A DNA stretch of 63,823 nucleotides, filler included, from Octopus bimaculoides (Eukaryota): the NCBI RefSeq assembly GCF_001194135.2. It is 4 parts of 4 records of this genome, joined end to end, with 100 filler letters (N's around TTAATTAATTAA, not from the genome) between each part and the next. Parts side by side here need not be neighbours in the genome. Positions count along the whole stretch, not along the records: positions 25,156 to 31,825 come from NC_069004.1; positions 31,926 to 61,720 come from NC_068986.1; 2 more parts are not named here. The stretch is one strand, 5' to 3'. The position numbers and the translations under genes were made by a program. How positions within the stretch are numbered: position 1 is the first letter of the stretch; every line of letters begins with the position of its first letter. Shown here in pieces: positions 26,362 through 38,719 of this stretch. Below the pieces are notes generated by a model, which saw only the letters and a program-made list of their open reading frames with translations, made no database searches and was not told the DNA's origin.

Positions 26362-27282
26362 TACAAGATTCACTCTAGAAGTTTTCAGACTTTTTTTGAG
26401 GAGAGTCATCTATTAATTCGAAGGAAGTGTAAAAAGTACGAAACCCTAATCTCTTTCAAAACTAGGGTCCTTTGACTCCAGTACACTTGCTGGGGCGTTC
26501 CGGACACTTTGTGAAGGCCCCGTATGGAAGTCCTCCAGAGTGAAGGTGTCCAAGACCCTTGTCACAGATTCCTTCGTTTTCTCTATGCCTTGAAAACGAC
26601 TGCCTCTGAGATTTTCTTTCAGCGTGGGGAACAATCATAAGTCACAAGAAGTAAGGGCTGAGTTGTAGGGGAAGGGTGGGCGAGGGACAATTTTGATCCC
26701 CATGTCTGTCAAGTAGTTGCTTACCAGAATTGAACTCTGGATCGGTGCTTTGTCCTGCTGCAGATTCACCGATCCTAGAGGAAGAACTCTGGCCTTTTAT
26801 AACGAAATCTCTCCGTGAACTCCAGGGAAATCTTTACAAAGTACTTTTTGTGGTTTGTGAGGCCAGAGAGAAGAAGAAACTAGTGGATGTAGGTGATATC
26901 CTTGCTATCGAAAAAAAGGGATAATTTTGAACTTCCGGGTCTGAGGAGGCCAAGATGCTTCCATTGGGCACTCTGTCTCTTGGTCTTTGGATAATAACAA
27001 TGAATCCAACTTTCGTAACAGGTGACCAGAGACTGGACCGCAGTTGGACTGGAGGTAATGAGCTACAGCCATCTCCCTGCTCTCACCGATACGTCTTTCC
27101 TGTTGTTCGTAACTCAGCGCCTTGGTAATAAACTTTGCACACATTTTGCGCATGTTCAAACCTTCGTGAATAATTCTGCGTATCATTGCCACACAAGTAC
27201 CAAACTGTTTGCTTATTGTCTTCATAGACACACAACGGTCTCCAGCCAGAAAATAGGAAATTTCCTCACTCGGCTCTCGTGT
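26362..27282 (-). mobile_element. Mariner transposase pseudogene (second HTH to C-terminus) with 3' terminal repeat
   Basis: IIHEGLNMRKMCAKFI; SLVTCYESWIHCYYPKTKRQSAQWKH (first catalytic D now Y); PYNSALTSCDL*LFPTLKENLRGSRF...DTFTLEDFH; TIR-like TACAAGATTCACTCTAGAAGTTTTCAGACT at 26362. Confidence 0.9.
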
Positions 27283-27284
27283 TC

Positions 27285-27517
27285 TTATTTCCTTATTGCC
27301 CACAAGGGGCTAAACATAGAGGGGACAAACAAGGACAGACAAAGCGACTAAGTCGATTAGATCGACCCCAGTGCGTAACTGGTACTTAATTTATCGACCC
27401 CGAAAGGATGAAAGGCAAAGTCGACCTCGGCGGAATTTGAACTCAGAACGTAATGGCAAACGAAATACTGCTAAGCATTTCGCCCGGCGTGCTAACGTTT
27501 CTGCCAGCTCGCCGCCT
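27285..27517 (-). mobile_element. SINE family C, well-preserved copy abutting the mariner
   Basis: Full head-to-tail match to the other family C copies with CpGs retained. Confidence 0.9.
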
Positions 27518-28318
27518 TTTTTTTGGAGCAACGTGAAATGAAGTGTTTTGCTCAAGAACACNNNNNNNNNNNNNNNNNNNNNNNNNNNNNNNNNNNNNNN
27601 NNNNNNNNNNNNNNNNNNNNNNNNNNNNNNNNNNNNNNNNNNNNNNNNNNNNNNNNNNNNNNNNNNNNNNNNNNNNNNNNNNNNNNNNNNNNNNNNNNNN
27701 NNNNNNNNNNNNNNNNNNNNNNNNNNNNNNNNNNNNNNNNNNNNNNNNNNNNNNNNNNNNNNNNNNNNNNNNNNNNNNNNNNNNNNNNNNNNNNNNNNNN
27801 NNNNNNNNNNNNNNNNNNNNNNNNNNNNNNNNNNNNNNNNNNNNNNNNNNNNNNNNNNNNNNNNNNNNNNNNNNNNNNNNNNNNNNNNNNNNNNNNNNNN
27901 NNNNNNNNNNNNNNNNNNNNNNNNNNNNNNNNNNNNNNNNNNNNNNNNNNNNNNNNNNNNNNNNNNNNNNNNNNNNNNNNNNNNNNNNNNNNNNNNNNNN
28001 NNNNNNNNNNNNNNNNNNNNNNNNNNNNNNNNNNNNNNNNNNNNNNNNNNNNNNNNNNNNNNNNNNNNNNNNNNNNNNNNNNNNNNNNNNNNNNNNNNNN
28101 NNNNNNNNNNNNNNNNNNNNNNNNNNNNNNNNNNNNNNNNNNNNNNNNNNNNNNNNNNNNNNNNNNNNNNNNNNNNNNNNNNNNNNNNNNNNNNNNNNNN
28201 NNNNNNNNNNNNNNNNNNNNNNNNNNNNNNNNNNNNNNNNNNNNNNNNNNNNNNNNNNNNNNNNNNNNNNNNNNNNNNNNNNNNNNNNNNNNNNNNNNNN
28301 NNNNNNNCATACACGCAC

Positions 28319-28446
28319 ACACACAAGGCTTTGGTCGGCCTAAGGCTATGGTAGAATACACTTGCCCAAGGTGCCACGCAGTGGGACTGAACCCGGAACC
28401 ATGTGGTTGGGAAGTGAACTTCTTACCACACAGCCACACCTGCGCC
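28319..28446 (-). mobile_element. SINE family B head
   Basis: CACAAGGCTTTGGTCGGCC...GTGCCACGCAGTGGGACTGAACCCGGAACCATGTGGTTGGGAAG. Confidence 0.85.
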
Positions 28447-28471
28447 TATTGTTATAGAGAATTTCAATTCT

Positions 28472-28513
<42 letters not shown>

Positions 28514-29116
28514 GAGGAAGAGAAAGAGCGACACAGAGAAAGAGATGGGGAGAAATAGATAGATAGATAGATAGATAGATATAGAAAGAGATAGACAGAG
28601 GGAGATAGAGAGAGCATGTGCCTTTGTTTATGTTAGTGTGTGTGTACTGATGTGTATGCATATTGGTAATAAGATGACAGCCAACGTTGCATCAACAGCA
28701 GCAGCAACAGCAGCAGTTATGGGATAATGATAAAGTCAACTATGCAGCAGCCATGATAGGGCTTTTGGAGGAGAACACGTGATTGTTGGACGACGCTTCA
28801 ACTGCTTGGGAAAAAGCTCGTTGATTCATTCATCGCTTGGTGTCTGGTACCGCTTTGCGTAATCCTNNNNNNNNNNNNNNNNNNNNNNNNNNNNNNNNNN
28901 NNNNNNNNNNNNNNNNNNNNNNNNNNNNNNNNNNNNNNNNNNNNNNNNNNNNNNNNNNNNNNNNNNNNNNNNNNNNNNNNNNNNNNNNNNNNNNNNNNNN
29001 NNNNNNNNNNNNNNNNNNNNNNNNNNNNNNNNNNNNNNNNNNNNNNNNNNNNNNNNNNNNNNNNNNNNNNNNNNNNNNNNNNNNNNNNNNNTAATATTCT
29101 TTCTGCTTCGCTTTTG

Positions 29117-29151
<35 letters not shown>

Positions 29152-29579
29152 TGTCTCTACCTCTCTTTCTCTCTCTCCATCTCTGTCACTTTCTTTCTGT
29201 CTGTCAATGTGTCTGTAAGTCTAGCCATTTCTCTCTCTCTCTCTCTAACTATCTATCTCTATGTCACGCTCTCTCTGTCTCCTCTTCCTGCCTGTCTGTC
29301 TCTCTCTCTCTCTTCTTTTCCCTCCCTTTTTCTCTCTGTCTCCCTCTTTTCATTTGTCTCTCATTCACCGCTCTCTTTCTCTCATTGACTCATTCACTCT
29401 CATTTCTCTCTCTTTCTCTCTTACCTTCTCGCCCTCTCTGTGTGCTTGTCCGCCTCTCTCCCTATCTCTTTGTCCGCTTCTCCCTATCCGTGTCTCTCTC
29501 TCTCTCCCTGTCTGGCTGCTTCTCTCTTTCCCTCCTCACTCCCTCCGCCCCATCCTCATCTCATGTCTCTCTGTTCCCT

Positions 29580-29760
29580 TTCACCAAATATGTCTTCCGC
29601 GACGCGATATGTCGCAAATATTGTCAAATCTACTTGACCTCTACTCCTCCCTTCACTCTCACCTAACGCTGGCATCATGCGACTAAAACACACGTGACAC
29701 TGCCCGCTGTCACGTGAGGAAACGAAAGAAGGAACGAAACGTGTGGCACACGATTCTTTC
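29580..29760. promoter_or_regulatory. CpG-rich patch with an inverted E-box pair
   Basis: CACGTGACA (29691-29699) and TGTCACGTG (29708-29716) form a perfect 9-bp inverted repeat with an 8-nt spacer; CpG-rich CGCGACGCGA near 29598. Confidence 0.3.
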
Positions 29761-29799
29761 GTCTCTAGTCATTTCTTTCTTCCTTCTCTTTTTTCTTTC

Positions 29800-30040
29800 T
29801 TTCTCTTTTTCTTCCCTTCTTTCTTTCTTTTTCTCTTTATTTGTTTGTTTGTTTCTTTCTTTCCTTCTTCCTTTTTTTAATTCCTTTCTTTCTTTTTCTT
29901 CACTTCTTTCTATCTTTTTCTCTTTGTTTGTTTGTTTCTTTCTTTCCTTCTTCCTTTTTTTATTCCTTTCTTTCTTTTTCTTCCCTTCTTTCTATCTTTT
30001 TCTCTTTGTTTGTTTGTTTGTTTCTTTCCTTCTTTCTTGT
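29800..30040. repeat. Pyrimidine-rich ~82-87 bp unit, 3 copies
   Basis: CTTC(C/A)CTTCT anchors at 29811, 29898 and 29980, each followed by (TTTG)n and CTTCTTCCTTTTTT. Confidence 0.75.
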
Positions 30041-30310
30041 TATTCAAGTTGTTCTTATACTCACTGTTGTTATAGTATCAGTTGTTGTCGTCTTTGTTGT
30101 GGATGTCATAGTAGGATTGGTAGAATATCGAGTAAAACACTTTCTGGTATTCGGTTGCGTCTCTTCAGCCGTAGGTTCAAATTCCGCGCAGATCCGCTTT
30201 CACTTTCATTTCTCTGAGGGTCGATAAATTAAGTGCTGGCATCAAAATAATCAACTACACTGAAGAATCATGTGTTGGTCGATTCAATGACATCACCAAA
30301 AGAATACAAT

Positions 30311-30820
30311 GAGATGACAAAGGATTATCTTATGAACTTCATTAGCTTACATCTGTTTCTGCTACGAGATGCAGTGGGCTCATAGTTGAGTGCTTGAGTA
30401 ACACCTCATAGCTTCATCAGAGCCCCAAAACGTGAAGCGCAGAAAAGCATTACCAATGAGAAAATATATACGTATGAGGGAAAAGGAATTCAGGAGCTCC
30501 TCCCACGGTCATAATTACATTAATTTTAAAAAGATTAATGAGATTAATAAGATTAATTAAAACGAAAATTTAATTAACTTTATTCAGATTCTGGGAGGAG
30601 CTCCAGGATTTCTTTCCTCGTATACGTGTATGGTTTCTAATTGAAATTGCTTTTCCTGTGTGTATGCATTAAAAAAAATTGTTTTCCCAAATAAACTGCA
30701 CTGCGAAGAAGCTACGAGGTGGTCCTCAGACGTTCAACCACAAACCCACTGCATATCGCAGCAGAAACAGCTGTAAGTTAATGACGTTCATAAGATAATC
30801 ATTTATTCTTTTCTCATCTC
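30311..30820. mobile_element. Non-autonomous fold-back/MITE-like element with ~200 bp imperfect terminal inverted repeats
   Basis: Arms 30311-30505 and 30592-30820 are reverse complements (e.g. GATTATCTTATGAAC, TGTTTCTGCT, GGAGCTCCTCCCA) around an AT-rich spacer. Confidence 0.75.
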
Positions 30821-31369
30821 AGTTTCTTGTACACGCACGCCACGCGCGCACACATAGACACGCGCACGCACATATACTCACCCACTCACACTCAGGTACA
30901 ATGGACTTTTGTATCGTCTGCTCTCTTCCAGATTGTGAACGTCTGAAGAAACCACAAGGAGCAAACATCACAAACATCAAATTACAAAAAAAAAAACAGA
31001 CGTTAAACAAACAAACAAACGAATAAACACACGTAAAACAAAAACAAACAACACGAGAAACGGACCAGATGGAAGAAAGGAAGGAGTCGAGGAAGGAAGG
31101 AGGGGGAAGGAGGAACAAGAATGAGAGACGTCATGTGTGGAAGAGGCAGATGTTATTGCGCCTACGTAATGAAGAAGGAGGGAAACATGGATAGGGTGAG
31201 AGGAGGAGGAGGAAGGGGAGGAGGAAGCAGAGGAGGAGGAGGAGGAAGCAGAAGAGGAGGAGGAAGCAGAAGAGGAGGAAGAAGCAGAGGAGGTGAGAAG
31301 CGGCATAACAATACATATTGTATATCTATCTCTTTGTCTGTCTGCCGCTCTATCTTTCCGCCCCTCCCC

Positions 31370-31426
<57 letters not shown>

Positions 31427-31427
<1 letters not shown>

Positions 31428-31825
31428 CCCGTCTTTGTAAAGCGAGGAGCAGTGGCACTGTTAAAGAAAGATCCGAACAAGGGGATCGTCATAGATAACT
31501 TCAGGTCCATCATTCTGCTCAACGCAGATTTGAAAATTTTGGCCAAGATGTTAGCCGAGAGGTTGGCGCTTGTCATCGAGAAACTAGTCGACAAGGCGCA
31601 AACGTACGCCGTGCCGGGTAGGAGTATCCATGACAACCTCCATCTGATGCGCTACATCATAGACAGGGTAGTTAAGGAACCTGACATGGGTGGGGCACTG
31701 ATCAATTTGGATCAATCAAAAGCTTTCGATAGGGTAGACCATCACTACTTGGAGGCTGTCCTTAAAGCGGCTGGTTTCGGTCCCATCTTCTGCGGTTGGA
31801 TCGCTGTCTTATACAGCGGCATCCG
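31427..31825 (+). mobile_element. L1/Tx1-type LINE reverse transcriptase fragment, stop-free, cut by a gap
   Basis: NFRSIILLNADLKILAKMLAERL; AQTYAVPGRSIHDNLHLMR; LDQSKAFDRVDHHYLEAVLKAAGFG. Confidence 0.92.
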
Positions 31826-31925
31826 NNNNNNNNNNNNNNNNNNNNNNNNNNNNNNNNNNNNNNNNNNNNTTAATTAATTAANNNNNNNNNNNNNNNNNNN
31901 NNNNNNNNNNNNNNNNNNNNNNNNN
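31826..31925. other. Artificial assembly linker (44 N + TTAATTAATTAA + 44 N)
   Basis: Same layout as 25056-25155. Confidence 0.9.
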
Positions 31926-31963
<38 letters not shown>

Positions 31964-34126
31964 TAGCGTGCACACACACACACACACTAACACAAGCATG
32001 CATGTACAGATGTACACACAAACATACACACAAATACAGATATATACACACATGCAGATACACACACACACACACATGCTCATATATATGCACACACACA
32101 CACATACATATGTGCACATGCACACACTCAGGTACACATGCACACACACACACAGATACATGCACACACAGAGATAGACATATAGACATACACATACACA
32201 CACACACACACATGCACACAGATACACGTATACACGCACAGATACAAGCACACACACACTGATACACACATACACAAAGATACACACAGATTCACACACA
32301 CGTGCAGAGATACGCACAAATAGAAATACACAATGTGATTCCTACAATTTCTCCTACAAATTCTCTCATAAGGCATTGATTGGCTGGGGGCTTATAGTAC
32401 AAGTTATGTCGACTTATCCATTATTTTCAGTACAGCTTATGTTTTCCTTTTTCTCTTCCCATCACCTTCTACTCCTCCCCTCCAAATACACCCAGAACTG
32501 CCCACATATCCCAAACAACTTTTGCATTGATCAAAGTTCATTAACAATCCTNNNNNNNNNNNNNNNNNNNNNNNNNNNNNNNNNNNNNNNNNNNNNNNNN
32601 NNNNNNNNNNNNNNNNNNNNNNNNNNNNNNNNNNNNNNNNNNNNNNNNNNNNNNNNNNNNNNNNNNNNNNNNNNNNNNNNNNNNNNNNNNNNNNNNNNNN
32701 NNNNNNNNNNNNNNNNNNNNNNNNNNNNNNNNNNNNNNNNNNNNNNNNNNNNNNNNNNNNNNNNNNNNNNNNNNNNNNNNNNNNNNNNNNNNNNNNNNNN
32801 NNNNNNNNNNNNNNNNNNNNNNNNNNNNNNNNNNNNNNNNNNNNNNNNNNNNNNNNNNNNNNNNNNNNNNNNNNNNNNNNNNNNNNNNNNNNNNNNNNNN
32901 NNNNNNNNNNNNNNNNNNNNNNNNNNNNNNNNNNNNNNNNNNNNNNNNNNNNNNNNNNNNNNNNNNNNNNNNNNNNNNNNNNNNNNNNNNNNNNNNNNNN
33001 NNNNNNNNNNNNNNNNNNNNNNNNNNNNNNNNNNNNNNNNNNNNNNNNNNNNNNNNNNNNNNNNNNNNNNNNNNNNNNNNNNNNNNNNNNNNNNNNNNNN
33101 NNNNNNNNNNNNNNNNNNNNNNNNNNNNNNNNNNNNNNNNNNNNNNNNNNNNNNNNNNNNNNNNNNNNNNNNNNNNNNNNNNNNNNNNNNNNNNNTATAT
33201 ATATATATATATATATATATATGCATGTATGTGTCTGTTTTGTGTGTGTTGTGTGTACATGCATCTGCTTGTATTTTTCTATGCATGTATATACATGCGT
33301 GCGCGCACACACACACACACACACACATGTTGCACACGCACATACACACTCCATGTTGACTAGGGACACTCACTGCTATTGTGAACTTTAGAATTCTTAT
33401 CATTGATATTTGAAACAGTATTCAGAAAAGAGTAAATCAATATTTATGGTATCAGCTGACTTCTAGAGAAAAGAAACAAAAGCAAAAAAACTAAACACTT
33501 TGGTAAGCATCTTTATCTCTTTAATCCCAATAGAACCATATTATTGGTCACGTTAGCTGCTGACTTAGAGAAAACTCACCCTTCATATATACAATGCTAC
33601 AATCAAAATGTAATTAGATTTATTCACATATTTTTCAATGCTTCAGTATTTATGTTCTGAATGTAAATAAACTTACTTGCTGTTAAGATGAAAGTGTTTA
33701 ATTTGATGGGAGAAATATGTGAGGCTCCTTTAGTTTAATTGGTAGTATGTCTGTCTGGCTTACAGAAGATGTGTGATTTGAGTTTGAAGGCAGATTTTTT
33801 GCCTTTTTTTTTTCTTTTCTCCACCCAATTTATTATAAGCTGTTATTTATAGCTGAGTTTGCTTTGAGAAGCATCGTTGATAAAAAATTGATTCTTATAA
33901 TTAGACATGGGGAAAAAAACCAGCTGAATCTATAGCAGTGCAAATCTTCCACAGATGTTGTCAAAGGATCACTAAGAATGTCTTGTGATGGCCATGTGTA
34001 TGTTGTATGTGTACGTGAGTATGTGTCTGTGCGTGTCTGTGCATGTGAGTGGGTTTGTGTGCATGTGTGTGTGCTTGTGTGTGTGTGTGTGTGTGNNNNN
34101 NNNNNTTTGTGTGCATGTGTGTGTGC

Positions 34127-34161
<35 letters not shown>

Positions 34162-34989
34162 TGAATGTGTGTGTATTTGTGTCTATGTCTGTGTGTGTAT
34201 GTGTAATCTATGGGATACTAATGCTATGAGATGGTGGAAGATGCTCAGCTGTTTACACATAAACACGATGAGGTCAGAGAGAACTTCTCTGGAGTGGAAG
34301 ACAGAGAGGAGGCATAAGAAATGCTACAGACCTGATTGGTAATGGTAGAAGAGAGCAGAACAGATATGGACCTGGTCTGGAAGCAGATCTATGACAGGGT
34401 TTGTGACTGTGTTGGGTAGAGATATCTCATCACCCAATTCTCTATGTGGAACAGGGGGAATTAATAGTATGATAATTAGATGATAATTAGATGATAAAGT
34501 TTCTTAACAGAATTGATGTTATAATGATTATCCATTATATGCAACAAATTGAGTCCTAGCAGCAACTGGGGAGAAATTAGGTGAATTTCTACCTTGTTAG
34601 GCATTATCAATAATATATACTCACAGCCAATCACTTCCCAAGATGAAATTTATTGCCATTGGTGTAAGATAACAGTGAGTAAGCAATCACTGGTGTTGTG
34701 AATATCTGCTCAGTTGAATAAAAACCATGTAACAGGTGTAATATTAGATTAAAATAGCCATCTTTGTATCATACTTAATGTATATACATCTCCCTTAGAT
34801 ATATATTGTGCTTTTAAACATAGAACATCTGTAAAAGATATTTCTGGATTACACCTATGCTTGTTCCTCTTTCATACTTTAGCCTTTCAACACCTAGTGT
34901 ACAAACACTCACCCCTACCTTCCCCTCTCAAATACTTCTTCATAGTTGTGGTAGCTTTTTTTCCTTCCTTTCTTTTCCCTCCTCTGTTC

Positions 34990-35535
34990 TTTTCTGTCTT
35001 GCAAGTTACATGGCTGTCTCACTAGTGCTGGTGGCACAGAGAAAGCACCTAGTTCACTCTGTAAAGTGGTAGCACTGGAGGCATGAAAAAGTACTCAATA
35101 CATTCTGTAAAGTGGTTACTGTTAGGAAGGGCACCCAGCTGTAAGAACCATGCCAAAAATAACATTGGTGGTTGATGCTGCTCTGCAGCTCACCAGTTCC
35201 ACGTCAAACCGTCCTACTTATGCTAGCACAGGAAAATGGGCGTTAAACAATGATGATGATGATGATGATGAATACTGCAGTAAATTTGCCTTTCACAAAT
35301 GTATTTGCATTAAGCATGTGTGAAGGTGCATGGTTTAGTGGTTAGGGTGTTCAGCTCTGTAAAGTACTATCTGTAAAGTGGTTGGTATTAAGGAAGGGCA
35401 TCCAGCCATATAAACCATGCCAAAACAGACAAATGGAGTCTGGTGTAGCTCCCTGTCTTGCCAGCTCCTGTTGAGCCATCTAACCCATGCCAGCATGGAA
35501 AGTGGACGTTAAATGATTATGATGATGATGATGAT
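34990..35535 (+). mobile_element. Two RTE-type 3' tail elements ending in (GAT)n
   Basis: AAAGTGGTT...AGGAAGGGCA(T/C)CCAGC...AACCATGCCAAA...CGTTAAA...GATGATGAT twice (34990-35270, 35360-35535). Confidence 0.75.
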
Positions 35536-35629
35536 GTGCTTGTGTGTGTGTGTTCGTGCACATGTGTGTGTGTGTGTGTGCATGTGTGTGTGTGTGTGTG
35601 CATGTGTGTGTGTGTGTCGTATCAGTGTT

Positions 35630-35832
35630 TGTCATCCATCACTGCTTGACAACCCATGATGGTATGTTCATGTCCTCCTGTAACTTAGCAGTTCAGCAAA
35701 AGTGACCAACAGAATAAGTACCAGGCTTCAATAAAAAATAATGAAGTACTGGGGTCGATTCATTTGATGAAAATTCTCCAAGGCAGTGCTCAAACATGGC
35801 TACAGTCTAATGACTGAAACAAGTAAAAGATA
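35630..35832 (+). mobile_element. SINE family B 3' half, degraded
   Basis: GCTTGACAAC...GTAACTTAGCAGTTCAGC...GGGGTCGATT...TGACTGAAACAAGTAAAAG. Confidence 0.75.
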
Positions 35833-36427
35833 AAAAAAACCAAAGAAGAAATCTATATTTTAAAAATCTAACGATAAGAATAATGAATTGAGATTGAAAT
35901 CTCTAATCAGAATTACTAAACTTCAATATAATAGAAAAATGTATTTACTGATAATGTGTTATGTTACCAGTGAAACTGTTGAGTGTATAGCACTTGAGAA
36001 AGTTTAGTATATGGACATAGGTATGGCTGTGTAGTTAAGAAGTTCACTTCACAATCATGTAATTCTGGTTCAATACCACCATGTGGTACTTCAGGCAATC
36101 ATCTACTACTGTATCCTCAGATCAACTCAAGGCTTGTAAGAGGAAATGGTTGTTAGAAAATATGTAGAAGACAATTTTATAGATTGTATCTGTTCTTGGG
36201 TGGTAAACCCAATTTGTCTTCTGGTCCTATGTCACCACCTGATCTTTTGGTACTATTTTGGCTGAGATTCCTATATTGCAGTCCTTTAAACCAAGTTACC
36301 AGTCAGAAGACAACCCATGAATTATGGATTCTTACTTCTTTCCTACCCCATCAATTTTGGAAGAGTCTGTAAAAACAACAACTTAGAATTGCTAATCTTT
36401 CTCTTTTAGTAAAACCTTTAAAAAACA

Positions 36428-36670
36428 TCCTCTTTTACTCATTTACTTGTTTCAATCATTTGACTGTGGTCATGCTGGAGCACCACCTTTAGTTGAGCAA
36501 ATTGACCCAAGACTTATTCTTTGTAAGCCTAGTACTTATTCTATCAGTCTCTTTTGCCAAATCGCTAAGTTACGGGGACGTAAACACACCAGCATCAGTT
36601 GTCAAGCGATGTTGGAGGGACAAACATAGACACACAAACATATACACACACACACATACATACATACATG

Positions 36671-36752
<82 letters not shown>

Positions 36753-36912
36753 TATATATGATGGGTTTCCATCTACCAAATCCACTCACAAGGCTTTGGT
36801 TGGCCCTAGGCTATAGTAGAAGACACTTACCCAAGGTGCCATGCAGTGGGACTGAACTCGCAACCATGTGGTTTGTAAGCAAGCTACTTACCACACAACC
36901 ATTCCTACGCCT
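36428..36912 (-). mobile_element. SINE family B, full length, with internal (CA)n(TA)n
   Basis: Both halves present around the internal microsatellite. Confidence 0.9.
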
Positions 36913-37139
36913 ATAAATTTTAAGTTAATGAAACATTACTAATTGTAGATTAACTATATAGCTCCAGCATAGCATGTCTCAATGGTTTGAATCAGGCAGA
37001 GTTAGTGCAAAGTTTGTATCTTGATGCCACACTACCTGTCTACAGTTGAGTCTGTCTCCTTTCTCCTTTCTTCTAATTAATAAATGGTTGAAATGGAAGG
37101 TAGTAATATATTAATAATGGTAATAATGGAACATAATAA

Positions 37140-37350
37140 GGCCATAAGCTGGTAGAATCATTAGAAAGTCTGGCAAAATACTTGGTATTTCATCTATTCT
37201 TATGTTCTGAGTTCAAATTCTGCTGAGGTTGACTTTGCCGTTCATCCCATTAAGGTTGATATAATAAGTGCCAGTTGAGCACTGGGGCTGATGTAATTGA
37301 CTTACTCCTTCCCTGAAATTGCTGGCTTTGTGCCAAAATTCGAAACCAGT
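37140..37350 (+). mobile_element. SINE family C, CpG-decayed
   Basis: TTCTGAGTTCAAATTCTGCTGAGGTTGACTTTGCC...GCACTGGGGCTGATGTAATTGAC. Confidence 0.8.
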
Positions 37351-37659
37351 AATGGAAAGAAATAATACACTAATAATGGTATGTTTTCATGGAACAGATT
37401 TATTAAAATTTTTCATTATGATGCAAATGAAAATCATGATTTATTCATTTCCTTTAAACCTTAACATATTATCATACCTAAACATACTACTTTAGGCCTT
37501 AAGCTCTTTCATTTGTTTTTGTTTTACCTATTGCAGTTGAGACCATACAGGAGTAATGTCATATGTATATTTTTCAGTTGTATTCTTAGTCATTTAGTCA
37601 TTTGAAGGTTATCTTTCTTTTGTGCAACTCTAAATATAGAAGAGAAATAAATTAGGGAA

Positions 37660-37696
<37 letters not shown>

Positions 37697-37829
37697 GTAC
37701 AAGAGAAATAAACAGTAATTTTTCTCATAAAAGCACAAACTAGTCAACCTTGACATAGATTTCAGGTCTATTGCTGTTCACATACTTCTTTCTGGTTCTT
37801 TGTTATTGACGTCATTAGGACTGGGAATC

Positions 37830-38436
37830 CATCATCATCATCATCATCATTTAACATCTGTACATGCTACCATGGGTTGGACGATGTGACCAGAGCGGGC
37901 AAGCTGGGGGGGGGGGGACTGCACCAGTCNNNNNNNNNNGACCAGAGCGGGCAAGCTGGGGGGGGGGGGACTGCACCAGTCTCTAGTCTGATTCGGCATG
38001 GTTTCTACAGCTGGATGCTCTTCTTAACACCAACCACTTTACAGAGTATGCTGGGTGCTTTTATGTAGCATTGCATGGGCATTTTTATGTGGCGTCACAT
38101 GGGTGCTTTTATGTGGTACTGCATGGGTGCTTTTAAATAGTACTGTATGGGTGCTTTCATGTAGCACCACACAGGCACTTTTAAGTGATGCCACATGAGT
38201 GCTTTTATATGACATCACCACAAATGCTTTACAGCCAACATATCCAGTAGAGCATACTAGCCTCATTCCTTTCTAACCTTCACATGTCCTCTTCATTCAG
38301 GGCCCATGTCTCACCACCAGGTAGAATTGCTGTCTGTACACATGCATCATACAATAGAAAGAAACCTTTCATGGCCAACAGAGTTAAGAGCTCTCTGAGT
38401 TTCCCCCATCCTATTCTTATTCTAGCTATCCAATGG
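37830..38436 (-). mobile_element. RTE-type LINE 3' remnant: ORF fragment, 24-bp repeat block and (GAT)n tail
   Basis: HWIARIRIGWGKLRELLTLLAMKGFFLLYDACVQTAILPGGETWALNEEDM (38436-38283); 24-bp units at 38053, 38077, 38101, 38125, 38149, 38173, 38197; (CAT)n at 37830. Confidence 0.8.
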
Positions 38437-38719
38437 TGTGTGATAATTAGTGATTTGTACAAAATTACTGTAAAAACCCATGTGATTTGCGCACTTGTGT
38501 AATTTACACAAGTGATTTCCAGGATAAAATTTATTAAAAAAAAACTTCTACTCATGTAAAATTCGCTCTGAAAAGTTTTCAGAATTGCCAATGTAGCCAG
38601 GGGAAAAAGGTTTTCAATTTAGTTGTATTTAGCATAATTTCACTTATTAGATTTTATTAAATTTTCATTAAGTAAAAATAATTTCTGTTTAACAGGTATC
38701 ACACTGAAAGCTATTAAAT

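Noticed and set aside
33677-33680. 3-nt microexon (ACAG|CAA|GTAAGT on -)
   Set aside because: Cannot be distinguished from chance without transcript data.
36180-36368. Minus-strand exon-like frames (DSSKIDGVGKK; GLQYRNLSQNSTKRSGGDIGPEDKLGLPPKNRYNL)
   Set aside because: The acceptor and the protein-like frame do not connect in phase, and no homology was recognised.
37889-37980. ~41-bp duplication around a 10-N gap
   Set aside because: Identical copies with a G run flank a minimal gap; assembly artefact.
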